The notes under the pieces are model-generated. The model had not been told where the DNA came from, did no database searches, and worked only from the letters and a program-made list of their open reading frames with translations. From positions 320,001-384,000 of the forward strand of contig OZ244958.1 of the NCBI GenBank assembly GCA_965222575.1: a stretch of DNA of 64,000 bases, written 5' to 3'. Source of the stretch: Alphaproteobacteria bacterium (GTDB lineage: Bacteria; Pseudomonadota; Alphaproteobacteria; G965222575). A program made the translations under genes and the position numbers. Shown piece after piece: positions 9,356 through 19,218 of this stretch (its first letter is position 1; each line of letters opens with the position of its first letter).

Positions 9356-11764
9356 TTAAGGAAGTAGTCCTTTGAACTGTAGAATAAGGGAGGTCATATC
9401 ATCAAAGGCAGGTGTTTTATCTGTAAACTTATCCAATGCATTTTGAAGGGTATTTAAGAGTGTTTGGCAAGAGCTTGCAGTTTGGTTCTTGAGGAACTCT
9501 TCCAAGCGTTCTTCTCCAAACTGGTGATTTTGACTATCCATTGCTTCTGTTATGCCGTCAGTGAAGAGGAATAATCTGCTTTCTTTTGGTAATATCACTG
9601 TTTTTTCTTGATAAGAAAAATCTGTAATCACTCCAACAGCTGTGCCTTGCGTACCGGGAAGTGGTGTGATGTGGTTAGGGGTGAGAAGATAGGGACAACA
9701 ATGTCCTGCGTTAACATAGGTCATTTTCCCGGTACGCAGGTCCAAAATCCCATAGAAAATTGTAATAAAAAAGTGTTTTTCATTGACATCACAAATCATC
9801 TTATTCACATGCGTCATGCATTGTCCGCAGGAAGGTTTATAGCATGCAATAGAACGCAAAAGAGTCCGCACAACAGCCATAAAAAGAGCTGCTACAATTC
9901 CTTTCCCGGAAACATCGCCAATCACAATAGCGAAGCGGTTTTTATCAATGAAGAAATAGTCATAAAAGTCTCCCCCTAAATCTTTAGCGGGAATCATAGA
10001 GGTTGCAATGGCTAAATTGTCTGCTTCAGGCGGTGTTTTAGGCAAAATAGAAGCTTGTACTTCTCTAGCATATAAAAGTTCTTCTTGTAAATTCAGAAAG
10101 TCTTGTTCGGCTTTAGAAGCTTTTTTGAGGGCTTTGAGTATTTTAGACAAGCGTTGATTTTGTTTCAGAATGTATCCAAAAGCCTTTTGCAAAGTTTCCA
10201 TCATGGATAAAAACTGGCTTTGCCCTCCTTTGGCTACGGAGGAGAATTCCCAGTCATAGGATTCTTTAAGGTGGTCTTGCATTTTGACGACATTTCTTTT
10301 AATAAGTTCTATTTGTTGCTTGTTTTGCTTTTCATAGCCATCGCACCGTTTTTTTAGTCCTGATAATCGGTAACTTAGGGTGTGAATATAGCGTTCAATT
10401 TTTCGTGCGGGCTTAAAGGGAATAGGGGAAGGTTCTTGTGCTTGTAGAACTTTTTTCAGGGAAGCTCGAATATGCTCCATGCCTCTTTTCCAGAAGGATA
10501 AGAGTGTTCTCATTTCAAAAAAGACGAGAAGAAGGAAAAGACTAAAGACCAGAATTTTTGAAACAATGCCCCAAAAGAGACTACCAATAGGAAAAACAGA
10601 AACAACATATAGCCCTAGAGGCCTGTGTTCTTTTTGAGGAATCACAGAGGAGTCCATTCTATCAAATAGAGAGGTATTGTTGGCTGGTGAAGACAAGTGA
10701 TTAAGTTCTTGAATGAAAAAAAAGGCCCCCGCGCGGTATTGCATAGAAAGCGACTGCTTTGGAGGTTTTAACTGCTGATAGTCCGGTAAGGAAAAGGTTG
10801 AAGAAATAAGGGAGGTCTGAAAAGTCCCTAGCCCGTCTATAATCACAAGGGGGGTGTAAATGTCTTCCTGTAGTTGATGCAGTAGCGTACTGAGGGCAAT
10901 GGCTAAGCCTTTTCCGGGAGTTTTTTCTATAAAAATCCAAAGAGCGGGTTTGCCATTAGGTAACACTTCTTTCACAAAGAAGCGTCCTCCTCCAAAGGGA
11001 ATGAGGACGCTATTTTCTTTAAGCGTCAACGGGATGAGGGCTGTGCGCAAAAGGCTATGGGTATCGTGCTGATGAGAAGACCCTTCTAAAAAAGCAAAGG
11101 CTTGATGAATGGTAAAGAGGACAAGTTTCCTGTCTGCTAAGGACAAGCTCTTCAGATACTGATTATGATGAGGCATCGTAGAGGTGATGAGCCAGCCAAA
11201 AAACATCAGAAAAATCAAAAAGAGAAGGAGCTGTTTTCCATACCACTCTCGTTTTCTATAGTGAGAGAAAGGCGGCCATATTTTGGCTAATTTGTTGAGG
11301 CTGTAGATGAGTTTATCCACGCGCATTCTGTTTACGGCATCGGGTTGACTGGAGCGTATGGCGTTAGCGTCTTCCTGACAAGCCTTATGGGTCAGATGCA
11401 ATTGATTAATTTGTTGTTGTAGAGACTTGCCTAAGCCAAATCCAGACTCTTCCCTGAACCCATGCTCCAAACGCACACCACTATTCAAACTTTTTTGCAC
11501 TCCTGCTAAAGGGAGAAAAAACCATCTCCTCACGAAAAAATAGACCGCACAGCCCGCTATGCCACTGCCCCCTAACAGCACGAGTATAGTCTTTCTCCCA
11601 CCACCACCACCTTCCTCTAAAAAGGCAGGAAATGATGGGACAAGCAGAGGTACCCCATACAAAACTGCCCACCCCAACAACAGACTCCCACAAACCCCCA
11701 AAAATACTAGCAACAGGTAAAGTCGGCTATAAGCCAATATGGAATGACGGGGGAAAAATGTCAT
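9356..11764 (-). CDS. Membrane-anchored PP2C/SpoIIE-family Ser phosphatase (RsbU/BtrU-like)
   Basis: C-terminal PAKDLGGDFYD, IGDVSGKG..AALFM, YVNAGH, LFTDGITEA, DDMT; several N-terminal TM segments. Confidence 0.9.
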   Translation of the reverse strand: MTFFPRHSILAYSRLYLLLVFLGVCGSLLLGWAVLYGVPLLVPSFPAFLEEGGGGGRKTILVLLGGSGIAGCAVYFFVRRWFFLPLAGVQKSLNSGVRLEHGFREESGFGLGKSLQQQINQLHLTHKACQEDANAIRSSQPDAVNRMRVDKLIYSLNKLAKIWPPFSHYRKREWYGKQLLLFLIFLMFFGWLITSTMPHHNQYLKSLSLADRKLVLFTIHQAFAFLEGSSHQHDTHSLLRTALIPLTLKENSVLIPFGGGRFFVKEVLPNGKPALWIFIEKTPGKGLAIALSTLLHQLQEDIYTPLVIIDGLGTFQTSLISSTFSLPDYQQLKPPKQSLSMQYRAGAFFFIQELNHLSSPANNTSLFDRMDSSVIPQKEHRPLGLYVVSVFPIGSLFWGIVSKILVFSLFLLLVFFEMRTLLSFWKRGMEHIRASLKKVLQAQEPSPIPFKPARKIERYIHTLSYRLSGLKKRCDGYEKQNKQQIELIKRNVVKMQDHLKESYDWEFSSVAKGGQSQFLSMMETLQKAFGYILKQNQRLSKILKALKKASKAEQDFLNLQEELLYAREVQASILPKTPPEADNLAIATSMIPAKDLGGDFYDYFFIDKNRFAIVIGDVSGKGIVAALFMAVVRTLLRSIACYKPSCGQCMTHVNKMICDVNEKHFFITIFYGILDLRTGKMTYVNAGHCCPYLLTPNHITPLPGTQGTAVGVITDFSYQEKTVILPKESRLFLFTDGITEAMDSQNHQFGEERLEEFLKNQTASSCQTLLNTLQNALDKFTDKTPAFDDMTSLILQFKGLLP

Positions 11765-12456
11765 GAATCTCCATAATTTTTTTCAATTTTCTTCAGGGAA
11801 TGACGAACAGTTCGTATCGCTTGTTTGGACTCCTTTAACTCCTCCATAAATCTTCCGGTACAGGAGAGTAAAAGTCCTTCTTTGATTGCACCCTTTTTGC
11901 CGCTTATCTTAGCAGCGACAGAAACGATATGCCGATGAATCGGAGTCGTCACAAGAAAGAGAAAAAGACTTAAAAAAAGACCTCCCACACCACCAGCCAC
12001 TCCCCACCATATCCCTATGATTTTCCACCTTTTCCAAAGATAATCCCAAAAAGAAAGAGGAGCAGTCAGTAAAACAAGAGAAAATTCTTCCTCAGGGTCC
12101 AAAGCTTGACTGATGATATGAAGGGAAGAATGCACGAACCTCTCCCTGTTGAAGTGATGACCTGTATGGAGCGGCGGGATTGATTGTAAAACAGTCCCTT
12201 GAGCGTTTATGACCAAAACAGCACGAAAAAACGGAACAGAAACAAGGGTTTGTTGAGCTGATGGTGAAAGAAAAAGCCTGTCCTCTAAGGAAAGCACCTC
12301 CTCCCAATCCACTGTAGCACACGCTTGCTCATAAGCCCTCTGGTACCCCTGATTTAGGTGATGATACTGAAGATAAAGCGAGACGATAATCATGCCTGCT
12401 AACAAAAGCCACAAGAAGCCGCACCAAAACCCTATGCAAAAACGCCGAAACCTCAT
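11761..12456 (-). CDS. Hypothetical membrane protein with two TM segments, coupled to the phosphatase gene
   Basis: Two hydrophobic segments flank a soluble loop; the stop overlaps the start of 9356..11764. Confidence 0.6.
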   Translation of the reverse strand: MRFRRFCIGFWCGFLWLLLAGMIIVSLYLQYHHLNQGYQRAYEQACATVDWEEVLSLEDRLFLSPSAQQTLVSVPFFRAVLVINAQGTVLQSIPPLHTGHHFNRERFVHSSLHIISQALDPEEEFSLVLLTAPLSFWDYLWKRWKIIGIWWGVAGGVGGLFLSLFLFLVTTPIHRHIVSVAAKISGKKGAIKEGLLLSCTGRFMEELKESKQAIRTVRHSLKKIEKNYGDS

Positions 12457-12638
12457 GACCTCACCACCTTTTAGCCCGTAAATGTCTTGCGTAAGACACC
12501 TCTTTATCAAAGAAGATTTTCTTTAAGAAAGGATTGTGATACGGCTCTTGGATTTTTGTTTATGGGCAGGTTTTACTGATTCTTAAAGCCTTGTTGTCAT
12601 ACTAGCACTCTCTCTTCTTAACAGATAAAAAAGGCATC

Positions 12639-13010
12639 ATGACATCCTCAGCACCCTCAAAAACGTTAGGAGAATTAGCCTTAATTGCTAGTTCTCTTGG
12701 TTGGAATCAGCAGGCTAATACAATTATAGAAGGATTAGAGATTGTATCAGAAGGCGTTTATCCTTTAATTGTAAAATCTGTGCATAAGCTTAATAGCGGT
12801 CAAGTGCAAGACGCTATTGACTTGCTTCAGAATCAGGCCTTAAAGCAAGATAGCGGCAATGTAGACGTGTTAGCCATTTTAGCATTAGCGTTCAAATTAA
12901 ATGGCTATGAGAAAAAAAGTCAGGAGATTGCAGAACAAATTCTTGCACAAGAAGAGAATGGTGACACCCAAGCGGGACAATTTGCTTCTGCTCTTTTGAA
13001 GGGCGATTAA
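12639..13010 (+). CDS. T3SS TPR-like small protein (YscG/EscG/SsaH-like needle chaperone)
   Basis: Short helical TPR-like protein (ELALIASSLG...A..I..GL) heading the sct operon, with an RBS. Confidence 0.55.
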   Translation: MTSSAPSKTLGELALIASSLGWNQQANTIIEGLEIVSEGVYPLIVKSVHKLNSGQVQDAIDLLQNQALKQDSGNVDVLAILALAFKLNGYEKKSQEIAEQILAQEENGDTQAGQFASALLKGD

Positions 13011-13037
13011 CGAAGAGGAAAAGAGGAGAAGAGTCTG

Positions 13038-13484
13038 GTGGATACACAAATCACGCAACAAATAAGCCAAAAGGTTCTTTCTGAAGCGCAACGCGAAGTA
13101 GCCAAGCAGCCACAAACTCAAGATGTAGAAACCTTCAAGCAAGCCATGCAAGAGGGGGGGGGGCAACAACAACAGACACAACAAACCTCAACAGTAGAAG
13201 GTACCCAGAGAGTTCAAGAAAAAGGGGAAATACAGCCGACAGAAGGCGTCAAAAATTCCGGAGAAAAAATTCTGGATAATCTCAGCAATATGAACAAATC
13301 TTTTAAGGAGAGCCTACAGAAAATTCATAACATTTTAGACAAAGATGGCATGCAAGTGATTTCTACGCGGGATATGATGAAAGTTCAAATGGAGCTTTAT
13401 ACCATGCAATTCAAACAAGAAATGACGAGCAAAATTGCAACAAAAAGCACGCAAAATCTTGATTCTCTACTTAAGAATCAGTAA
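13038..13484 (+). CDS. sctI: T3SS inner rod protein SctI (YscI/HrpB)
   Basis: DVETFKQAM, GEKILDNL and a C-terminal ..KIATKSTQNLDSLLKNQ typical of inner-rod subunits. Confidence 0.8.
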   Translation: MDTQITQQISQKVLSEAQREVAKQPQTQDVETFKQAMQEGGGQQQQTQQTSTVEGTQRVQEKGEIQPTEGVKNSGEKILDNLSNMNKSFKESLQKIHNILDKDGMQVISTRDMMKVQMELYTMQFKQEMTSKIATKSTQNLDSLLKNQ

Positions 13485-14080
13485 TGGAAGAATGGATTTA
13501 TATCTCTCCAGATACGAAAATTCTCAAGGCAGAAACCTATCAGGAATATATCACCTCAAAATCTATCCTAGACGAGGCGCACCAACAAGCGGACGAGATT
13601 TTATCGCAACAAAAACTTGCCTATGATATCGGCTACATACGCGGCGTAGAAAGGGCTAAGAGACAAGAAGCGCGTCAGTCCTTAAAGCGTATGTTAGAAG
13701 CACTTTGGACAGAAGCTTCTTTTTTCCATAACCAAAAAGCCCCCGCTACCGCTATGGCTAGTAAAGCGCTGGAAAAATTACTAGGCTCTATTGAAAACTC
13801 CGAGCGAATAGAACAAGAAGTCCAAGCCTCTCTTGAAGAAGTTCAAGGACGCTCCTTTTTAGAGCTACAGGTACACCAAAGCGTCCTTGAAAAGACCCAA
13901 GAAAAACTCCAAGCTCTCAATAAAACCCTTTGTGTTCCGTCATTTTTTTCAGTCACTGCTCATCACGGCATCGCTTATCCTAGCCGTTGTGCTATTCATT
14001 GTCGCTTTGCTTGCATAGAAGGGCTGCTAAGAGAGATGCTCAAGGACTTACAAACTCTTGTCAAGGAGCTTGGCTCTTAA
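13484..14080 (+). CDS. sctL: T3SS stator SctL (YscL/FliH-like), divergent
   Basis: KILKAETY...[13 protein letters not shown]...GY..G pattern; lies immediately before the ATPase. Confidence 0.7.
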   Translation: MEEWIYISPDTKILKAETYQEYITSKSILDEAHQQADEILSQQKLAYDIGYIRGVERAKRQEARQSLKRMLEALWTEASFFHNQKAPATAMASKALEKLLGSIENSERIEQEVQASLEEVQGRSFLELQVHQSVLEKTQEKLQALNKTLCVPSFFSVTAHHGIAYPSRCAIHCRFACIEGLLREMLKDLQTLVKELGS

Positions 14081-14081
14081 A

Positions 14082-15404
14082 ATGCTCTCTAACCTGAACT
14101 ATATCAACGATGTGTTCAAGAGCGTCATTAGCGAGCTATCGCTGTTGCAGATTAGAGGCCGTGTTACGCAAGTCATTGGGACGATTATCAAAGCTTTTGT
14201 TCCTTCTGCTAAAGTGGGGGAGTTGTGTCTTCTTCAGAACAGAGACGAGGATTTTTCTATTACCGCTGAAGTGGTGGGGTTTGCGAAGGGTGCTGCGTTA
14301 TTGACGCCTATTGGGGAGATGCGAGGGGTTTCTACTGCAACGGAAGTGATTCCTACAGGCAAAACGCATCTCGTAGGAGTAGGCCCGGGCCTCTTAGGAC
14401 GCGTCCTAGATGGAATAGGCAATCCTTATGATAATAAAGGGGATTTGAAAGCAGAGACTTATTATCCTGTTTATCAAGAAGCTCCTGACCCTATGATACG
14501 GCGCATTATCAAAGACCCTTTGCCCTTAGGCCTACGGGTTATCGATGGGTTTTTGACCTTAGGAGAAGGACAGAGAATGGGGATTTTCGCGGCGGCTGGC
14601 GGGGGGAAAAGCACGCTTTTATCCTCTATTGTGAAAGGGGCTCAGGTGGATATTACGGTCGTGGCGTTAATCGGAGAAAGAGGAAGGGAAGTGAGAGAAT
14701 TTATAGAACATGACCTTGGAGAAGAGGGAATGAAAAAATCTGTTATTGTCTGTGCTACTTCAGATAAATCCTCTATGGAAAGAGCAAAAGCCGCTTATGT
14801 TGCAACGGCTATCAGTGAGTATTTCAGAGACCAAGGGGAGAAAGTTTTGTTGTTGATGGATTCTGTGACGCGCTTTGCTAGGGCGCAAAGAGAAATCGGA
14901 TTAGCCGCAGGAGAACCTCCCACTAGAAGAGGATTCCCCCCTTCTGTCTTTGCCATGTTGCCTAAGCTCATGGAAAGGGCTGGCAATAACGATAAAGGCT
15001 CTATCTCTGCTCTTTATACCATTCTGGTAGAAGGAGACGATATGACGGAACCGATTGCTGATGAAACGCGTTCTATTTTGGACGGCCATATTATTCTCTC
15101 ACGCAAACTTGCCTCTTCTAACCATTATCCCGCTATTGATGTGCTCGCTAGCACAAGCCGTACCATGAACAATGTGGTGGCTGATGAACAAAAGGCAAAC
15201 ACAGGAAAAATCAGAGAATTACTGGCAAAATACACCCAAGTGGAGCTGCTGCTGAAAATTGGCGAGTACAAATCCGGCGCGGACCAAGTCACAGACGAAG
15301 CCGTTGAGAAAATTGACGCTATTAACGCTTTCCTCAAACAAGGACTAGGGGAAATCTCCTCTTTCCCAGAAACGCTCAAACGCCTCACAGAACTAACAAA
15401 ATGA
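14082..15404 (+). CDS. sctN: T3SS ATPase SctN (YscN family)
   Basis: [65 protein letters not shown]. Confidence 0.97.
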   Translation: MLSNLNYINDVFKSVISELSLLQIRGRVTQVIGTIIKAFVPSAKVGELCLLQNRDEDFSITAEVVGFAKGAALLTPIGEMRGVSTATEVIPTGKTHLVGVGPGLLGRVLDGIGNPYDNKGDLKAETYYPVYQEAPDPMIRRIIKDPLPLGLRVIDGFLTLGEGQRMGIFAAAGGGKSTLLSSIVKGAQVDITVVALIGERGREVREFIEHDLGEEGMKKSVIVCATSDKSSMERAKAAYVATAISEYFRDQGEKVLLLMDSVTRFARAQREIGLAAGEPPTRRGFPPSVFAMLPKLMERAGNNDKGSISALYTILVEGDDMTEPIADETRSILDGHIILSRKLASSNHYPAIDVLASTSRTMNNVVADEQKANTGKIRELLAKYTQVELLLKIGEYKSGADQVTDEAVEKIDAINAFLKQGLGEISSFPETLKRLTELTK

Positions 15405-15877
15405 CAGAAAATGTCTATAGCTCTTTATTGAGCCTTAAGAAATTTCAGGAAAAATCTAAAGAGGATAAAGTCCGCCGACAAAGAGATATCTTCAAACAAG
15501 AAGACATCATGGTAGGCAAACGTAGACATGAACTGAAAACCTATAACCTAGAACGCAAACAAAAAGAAAACAGCATGTATGACAATATTATGGAAAAATG
15601 TATCCCTCTTGACCAACTACAAGGAGTCAATCTCTCCATTACCTCCTTAAGAGAAGAGGAAAAACAGTACGAAAACCGCCTAACAGACTCTCTCTCTAAT
15701 AAGAAGAAAGCGGAAGTGGATTTAACGGTTGCTAAAAAAGAACACCATCTTGCTATCAAAAAAACACAAAAATTTGAGGAACTGAATACAGAAAACGACA
15801 CGCTCATCAAAAAAGAAAACCAACACAAAGAAGAAATGGAAATGGAAGAATTTTCTCCATCCTCCCCCTTATTGTAA
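15401..15877 (+). CDS. sctO: T3SS stalk SctO (YscO)
   Basis: Charged coiled coil ending KFEEL...EEMEMEEF; ATGA overlap with sctN. Confidence 0.8.
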   Translation: MTENVYSSLLSLKKFQEKSKEDKVRRQRDIFKQEDIMVGKRRHELKTYNLERKQKENSMYDNIMEKCIPLDQLQGVNLSITSLREEEKQYENRLTDSLSNKKKAEVDLTVAKKEHHLAIKKTQKFEELNTENDTLIKKENQHKEEMEMEEFSPSSPLL

Positions 15878-15879
15878 CT

Positions 15880-17136
15880 ATGACTATCAAAACAGACTCT
15901 CCCCCTCCCTCCCCTTCCAGTGGGCACACCACGCCTGCGGGACCTAGACAAAATACCGCTAGTGTCCGCGACCAACAAGAAACTTTTCTTAAGTTTATGG
16001 AGAAAAAAGCCCCTCAAGAAAAAGGCACGCAACAGAAGCCTTTTGAACAGACTCATAAAAATACAGAACAATCTGCCTTCTCACTCTTTGGAAAAAAATC
16101 CTCCCACACACCCCAAAGACAAGACCTCCCACAAGCACCACTCTCAAAGTCCCCCCAAAATCTTCAACAAGCGGAAGTCTCAAAAGCTCCCCAAGACCTT
16201 CAACAAGCATCACTCTCAAAAGCTCCCCAATCTTCAACCTTCAACAAGCCTCTGTCTCAAAAGCTCCTCAAAATCTTCAACAAGCCTCTGTTCTCAAAAG
16301 CTCCCCAAAATCTTCAACAAGCTTCTGTTTCAAAAGCTCCCCAAGACCTTCAACAAGCCTCTGTCTCAAAAGCTCCCCAAAATCTTCAACAAGCCTCTGT
16401 TTCAAAAGCTCCCCAAGACCTTCAACAAGCCTCTGTCTCAAAAGCTCCCCAAAATCTTCAACAAGCTTCTGTTTCAAAAGCTCCCCAAGACCTTCAACAA
16501 GTGCCTGTTTCAAAAGCTCCTCAAGACCTTCAACAAGCCTCTGTTTCAAAAGCTCCTCAAAATCTTCAACAGACTCCTACTTCAACAGCCTCTTTGGAGG
16601 CACGTCAAGAGCAGCCGTCGCCTCTCAAGGCGTCGCCCCTCAGGGCTTCAAAGGCGGAAACCCTTTCTGCTACAGAGCGTGCTGTTGCCGATAAGGTGAT
16701 TCCAGAAAAAGCGGCTCTTGTGGGCATGGAGGCAACTGCTTTCGCAGAAAAAATAGCCATAGCGGACAAAAATGTGCCTGCTCCCTCTAGAATTGCGGAA
16801 ATCGCCAATAAAGTTGCCAAGCAAATACTGGTACAGGATGCCGCTTTTTCAAGTCAAAAACAGGTGACAATCAAAATTAGCGATAGTCTTCTTCCTCAAA
16901 CAGAGATTGTTGTTCAAAAAGTTGGAGGGACATTACAAATCGATATTCAAACGCTCTCCGATGCTGCTGGGAAACTTTTGTCTTCTCAACTCCCCTCTTT
17001 ACAACAACAGCTTCACAATCGCTTACAGGGGGATGTAGCGGTATCGCTGAATTATACCCCCGAAGACCAACAAACGGATCAGGATGGGCGCTCCAGACAG
17101 GAATATGTTGCACCTGAAGAGGAAAGTGAGCACTGA
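15880..17136 (+). CDS. sctP: T3SS needle-length ruler SctP (YscP) with internal tandem repeats
   Basis: C-terminal T3S4/FliK-like domain (QILV...VTIKISDSLLPQTEIVV...LQI; GRSRQEY); sits between sctO and sctQ. Confidence 0.82.
   Translation: MTIKTDSPPPSPSSGHTTPAGPRQNTASVRDQQETFLKFMEKKAPQEKGTQQKPFEQTHKNTEQSAFSLFGKKSSHTPQRQDLPQAPLSKSPQNLQQAEVSKAPQDLQQASLSKAPQSSTFNKPLSQKLLKIFNKPLFSKAPQNLQQASVSKAPQDLQQASVSKAPQNLQQASVSKAPQDLQQASVSKAPQNLQQASVSKAPQDLQQVPVSKAPQDLQQASVSKAPQNLQQTPTSTASLEARQEQPSPLKASPLRASKAETLSATERAVADKVIPEKAALVGMEATAFAEKIAIADKNVPAPSRIAEIANKVAKQILVQDAAFSSQKQVTIKISDSLLPQTEIVVQKVGGTLQIDIQTLSDAAGKLLSSQLPSLQQQLHNRLQGDVAVSLNYTPEDQQTDQDGRSRQEYVAPEEESEH
16122..16572 (+). repeat. About 12 tandem 36-bp units (QQASVSKAPQ[N/D]L) in sctP
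   Basis: Repeated caagc(c/t)tctgt(c/t)tcaaaagctccccaa(aat/gac)cttcaa. Confidence 0.95.
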
Positions 17137-17556
17137 AGATATATCAAAACTTATACAGCACAGGAAGTCATGCTCAACAATCACAGTGTGTCAAGGGAAA
17201 ACAAAGCGTCTCTCTTTTGCCGTTGGCGGTATTCCTTATACACGTCTTTTTTTAGAGGACATACCAGATGAAAATGAGTACTGAAATACTATCGGACACT
17301 TATACAGCACAGGAAGTCATACTCAACAATATCGTGTGTCAAGGGAAAACAGAGCGTCTCTCTTTTGCCGTTGGCGGTATTCCTTATACCCTGCTTTTAG
17401 AGGACATACCAGATGAAAATGAGTACTGAAATACTATCGGACACTTATACAGCACAGGAAGTCATACTCAACAATATCGTGTGTCAAGGGAAAACAGAGC
17501 GTCTCTCTTTTGCCGTTGGCGGTATTCCTTATACCCTGCTTTTAGAGGGCATACCA
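17120..17556 (+). repeat. Triplicated ~145-bp sctP/sctQ junction
   Basis: atgaaaatgagtactgaaatac... occurs at 17268 and 17413 (145 bp apart), with a degenerate first copy from about 17120. Confidence 0.92.
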
Positions 17557-18402
17557 AAAGAGAAACCCCAAGAGAGGGGATGTTGGTATTGCCTTCAAAC
17601 ACCAGCTTGGAAGCTGAATTGTTTTATCCCTGACCTTTTGTGTCGCTGTTTCATACAGGATACAGCCCAGATGAAAGAGGTAGATTTATTTCTAGCCGAT
17701 GAAGAGGTGGTGGATGTGTTGCTCAGGTGTGCTCTTGAGCCTCTTTTTTCCAAGATTACGCCTGTGTCTTTCGGGCGTGGTCGAGAAGAGAGTGAACAGG
17801 GTATTGATGTTGTTTGTACCCTCCAGCGTAAAAACCAACCTTTTGCTTGTTCTGTGCTTTTAGAGCTCCCTAGCAGTGCTCTTACCTTCTTCAAAGACCT
17901 CTCTCTTCAGACACAGGAGAAGGACATTGAAGATTTGTGTGTGTTTGAAACATTTTTGCTTCTTGGAGAGTGCACTTTAACGCCAGAAGAGTTAGGCATA
18001 CTTGAGAAAGGAGATATTGTCTTTTTAGACTCCCCTGTAAGAGGGCTACAAAAGGGAGAAAAATGCATCTCATGCGGGGAAGCGGACTACCTTGTCTTGG
18101 ATAAAAAGGGGAGCATACAACGTCTGTCAAAACCCAAAGAAGAAAATGCTTCTGTCATCAAGGCAACAGTGAGGGTGCAGATACCATTTCTCTCTTTATC
18201 CTTAAAGCAGCTAAAGGATGTGTTAGAACAAAAGCTCTTCTTACATAGCACCCCTAAAGAGCCGCAAAATGTCAAAGCTTATGTACAAGACAAGCTGTTA
18301 GCCGAGGGCATTTATTGCTCCATTATAGGAAAAGAGGCTGTACAGCTGACTAAGGTTTGTCTTGCGGCAGAAGCTCAAGCAACGAAAGAGAGCCTAAGCT
18401 AG
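17413..18402 (+). CDS. sctQ: T3SS cytoplasmic ring SctQ (YscQ), divergent
   Basis: SpoA-like LGECTLTPEELGILEKGDIV and a second degenerate SpoA-like C-terminus; follows sctP. Confidence 0.7.
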   Translation: MKMSTEILSDTYTAQEVILNNIVCQGKTERLSFAVGGIPYTLLLEGIPKEKPQERGCWYCLQTPAWKLNCFIPDLLCRCFIQDTAQMKEVDLFLADEEVVDVLLRCALEPLFSKITPVSFGRGREESEQGIDVVCTLQRKNQPFACSVLLELPSSALTFFKDLSLQTQEKDIEDLCVFETFLLLGECTLTPEELGILEKGDIVFLDSPVRGLQKGEKCISCGEADYLVLDKKGSIQRLSKPKEENASVIKATVRVQIPFLSLSLKQLKDVLEQKLFLHSTPKEPQNVKAYVQDKLLAEGIYCSIIGKEAVQLTKVCLAAEAQATKESLS

Positions 18403-19208
18403 TGGAGAGTAATGCTCTTAACCTTGAAGAGTTGATAGGCGCGTATGAAAAAGGCTTTTTATCTGTTATTCTGTGCTTTCCGCGTCTACACGCTACTTTC
18501 GCTCTTTTGCCTTTTATGAGCAAGCAGGTGATTCCGGGCATGGCGCGAAATGGGATGGTCTTATCCCTAGGGATACCCTTATATGCCCCTATGTACTCAG
18601 CATTAAACCTAGACATGATAACCCCTATGTTTGTGTTCGCTCTTATTCTCAAGGAGGTATTTGTAGGCTTGTGCATGGGCTTTTTGTTTGCCATTTCCAT
18701 TTGGGCTGTAGAAGCGGCAGGGTTTTTTATTGATAACCAACGGGGGGCGTCCATGGCGAGCTCCATGAACCCGCTCTCAGGGAGTACAACATCTCCTTTA
18801 GGCATTTTATTTATTCAAGTGCTAGCAGCGTTTATCTTTGTATCCGGGATTTTCTTATTGTTTTTGCAAGCGATTTATGAAAGCTATCATGTCTGGCCGG
18901 TTTTATCCTTCGTGCCTAACTTGAATCAACCCTTAGAGGGATTTTTTCTCTCTCAGTTAGACAAACTCATGTCCCTAGCTGTCATTTTAGCGGGACCATT
19001 AATTTTATCTATGTTCTTAAGTGAGATGGGGCTAGCGTTCGTCAATAGGTTTGCACCTCAATTGCAGGTGTTTTTCCTTGCTATGCCTATTAAAAGCGGG
19101 GTCGGCATTTTTATTCTCATCATCTACATGCCTTTCCTTGTGCAGTATGTCATCGACAATTTCACGGACTTTGAAGGGATTTTCTCAGATTTCCTCAAGC
19201 TATTATAA
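18402..19208 (+). CDS. sctT: T3SS export apparatus SctT
   Basis: KEVFVG, AGFFIDNQRGA, RFAPQLQVFFLAMPIKS; GTG start at 18402. Confidence 0.95.
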   Translation: MESNALNLEELIGAYEKGFLSVILCFPRLHATFALLPFMSKQVIPGMARNGMVLSLGIPLYAPMYSALNLDMITPMFVFALILKEVFVGLCMGFLFAISIWAVEAAGFFIDNQRGASMASSMNPLSGSTTSPLGILFIQVLAAFIFVSGIFLLFLQAIYESYHVWPVLSFVPNLNQPLEGFFLSQLDKLMSLAVILAGPLILSMFLSEMGLAFVNRFAPQLQVFFLAMPIKSGVGIFILIIYMPFLVQYVIDNFTDFEGIFSDFLKLL

Positions 19209-19218
19209 CCCGTTCCTC

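Noticed and set aside
15920-16699. 259-aa overlapping ORF as a separate gene
   Set aside because: It is the alternative frame of the stop-free 36-bp repeat inside sctP, with no independent domain.
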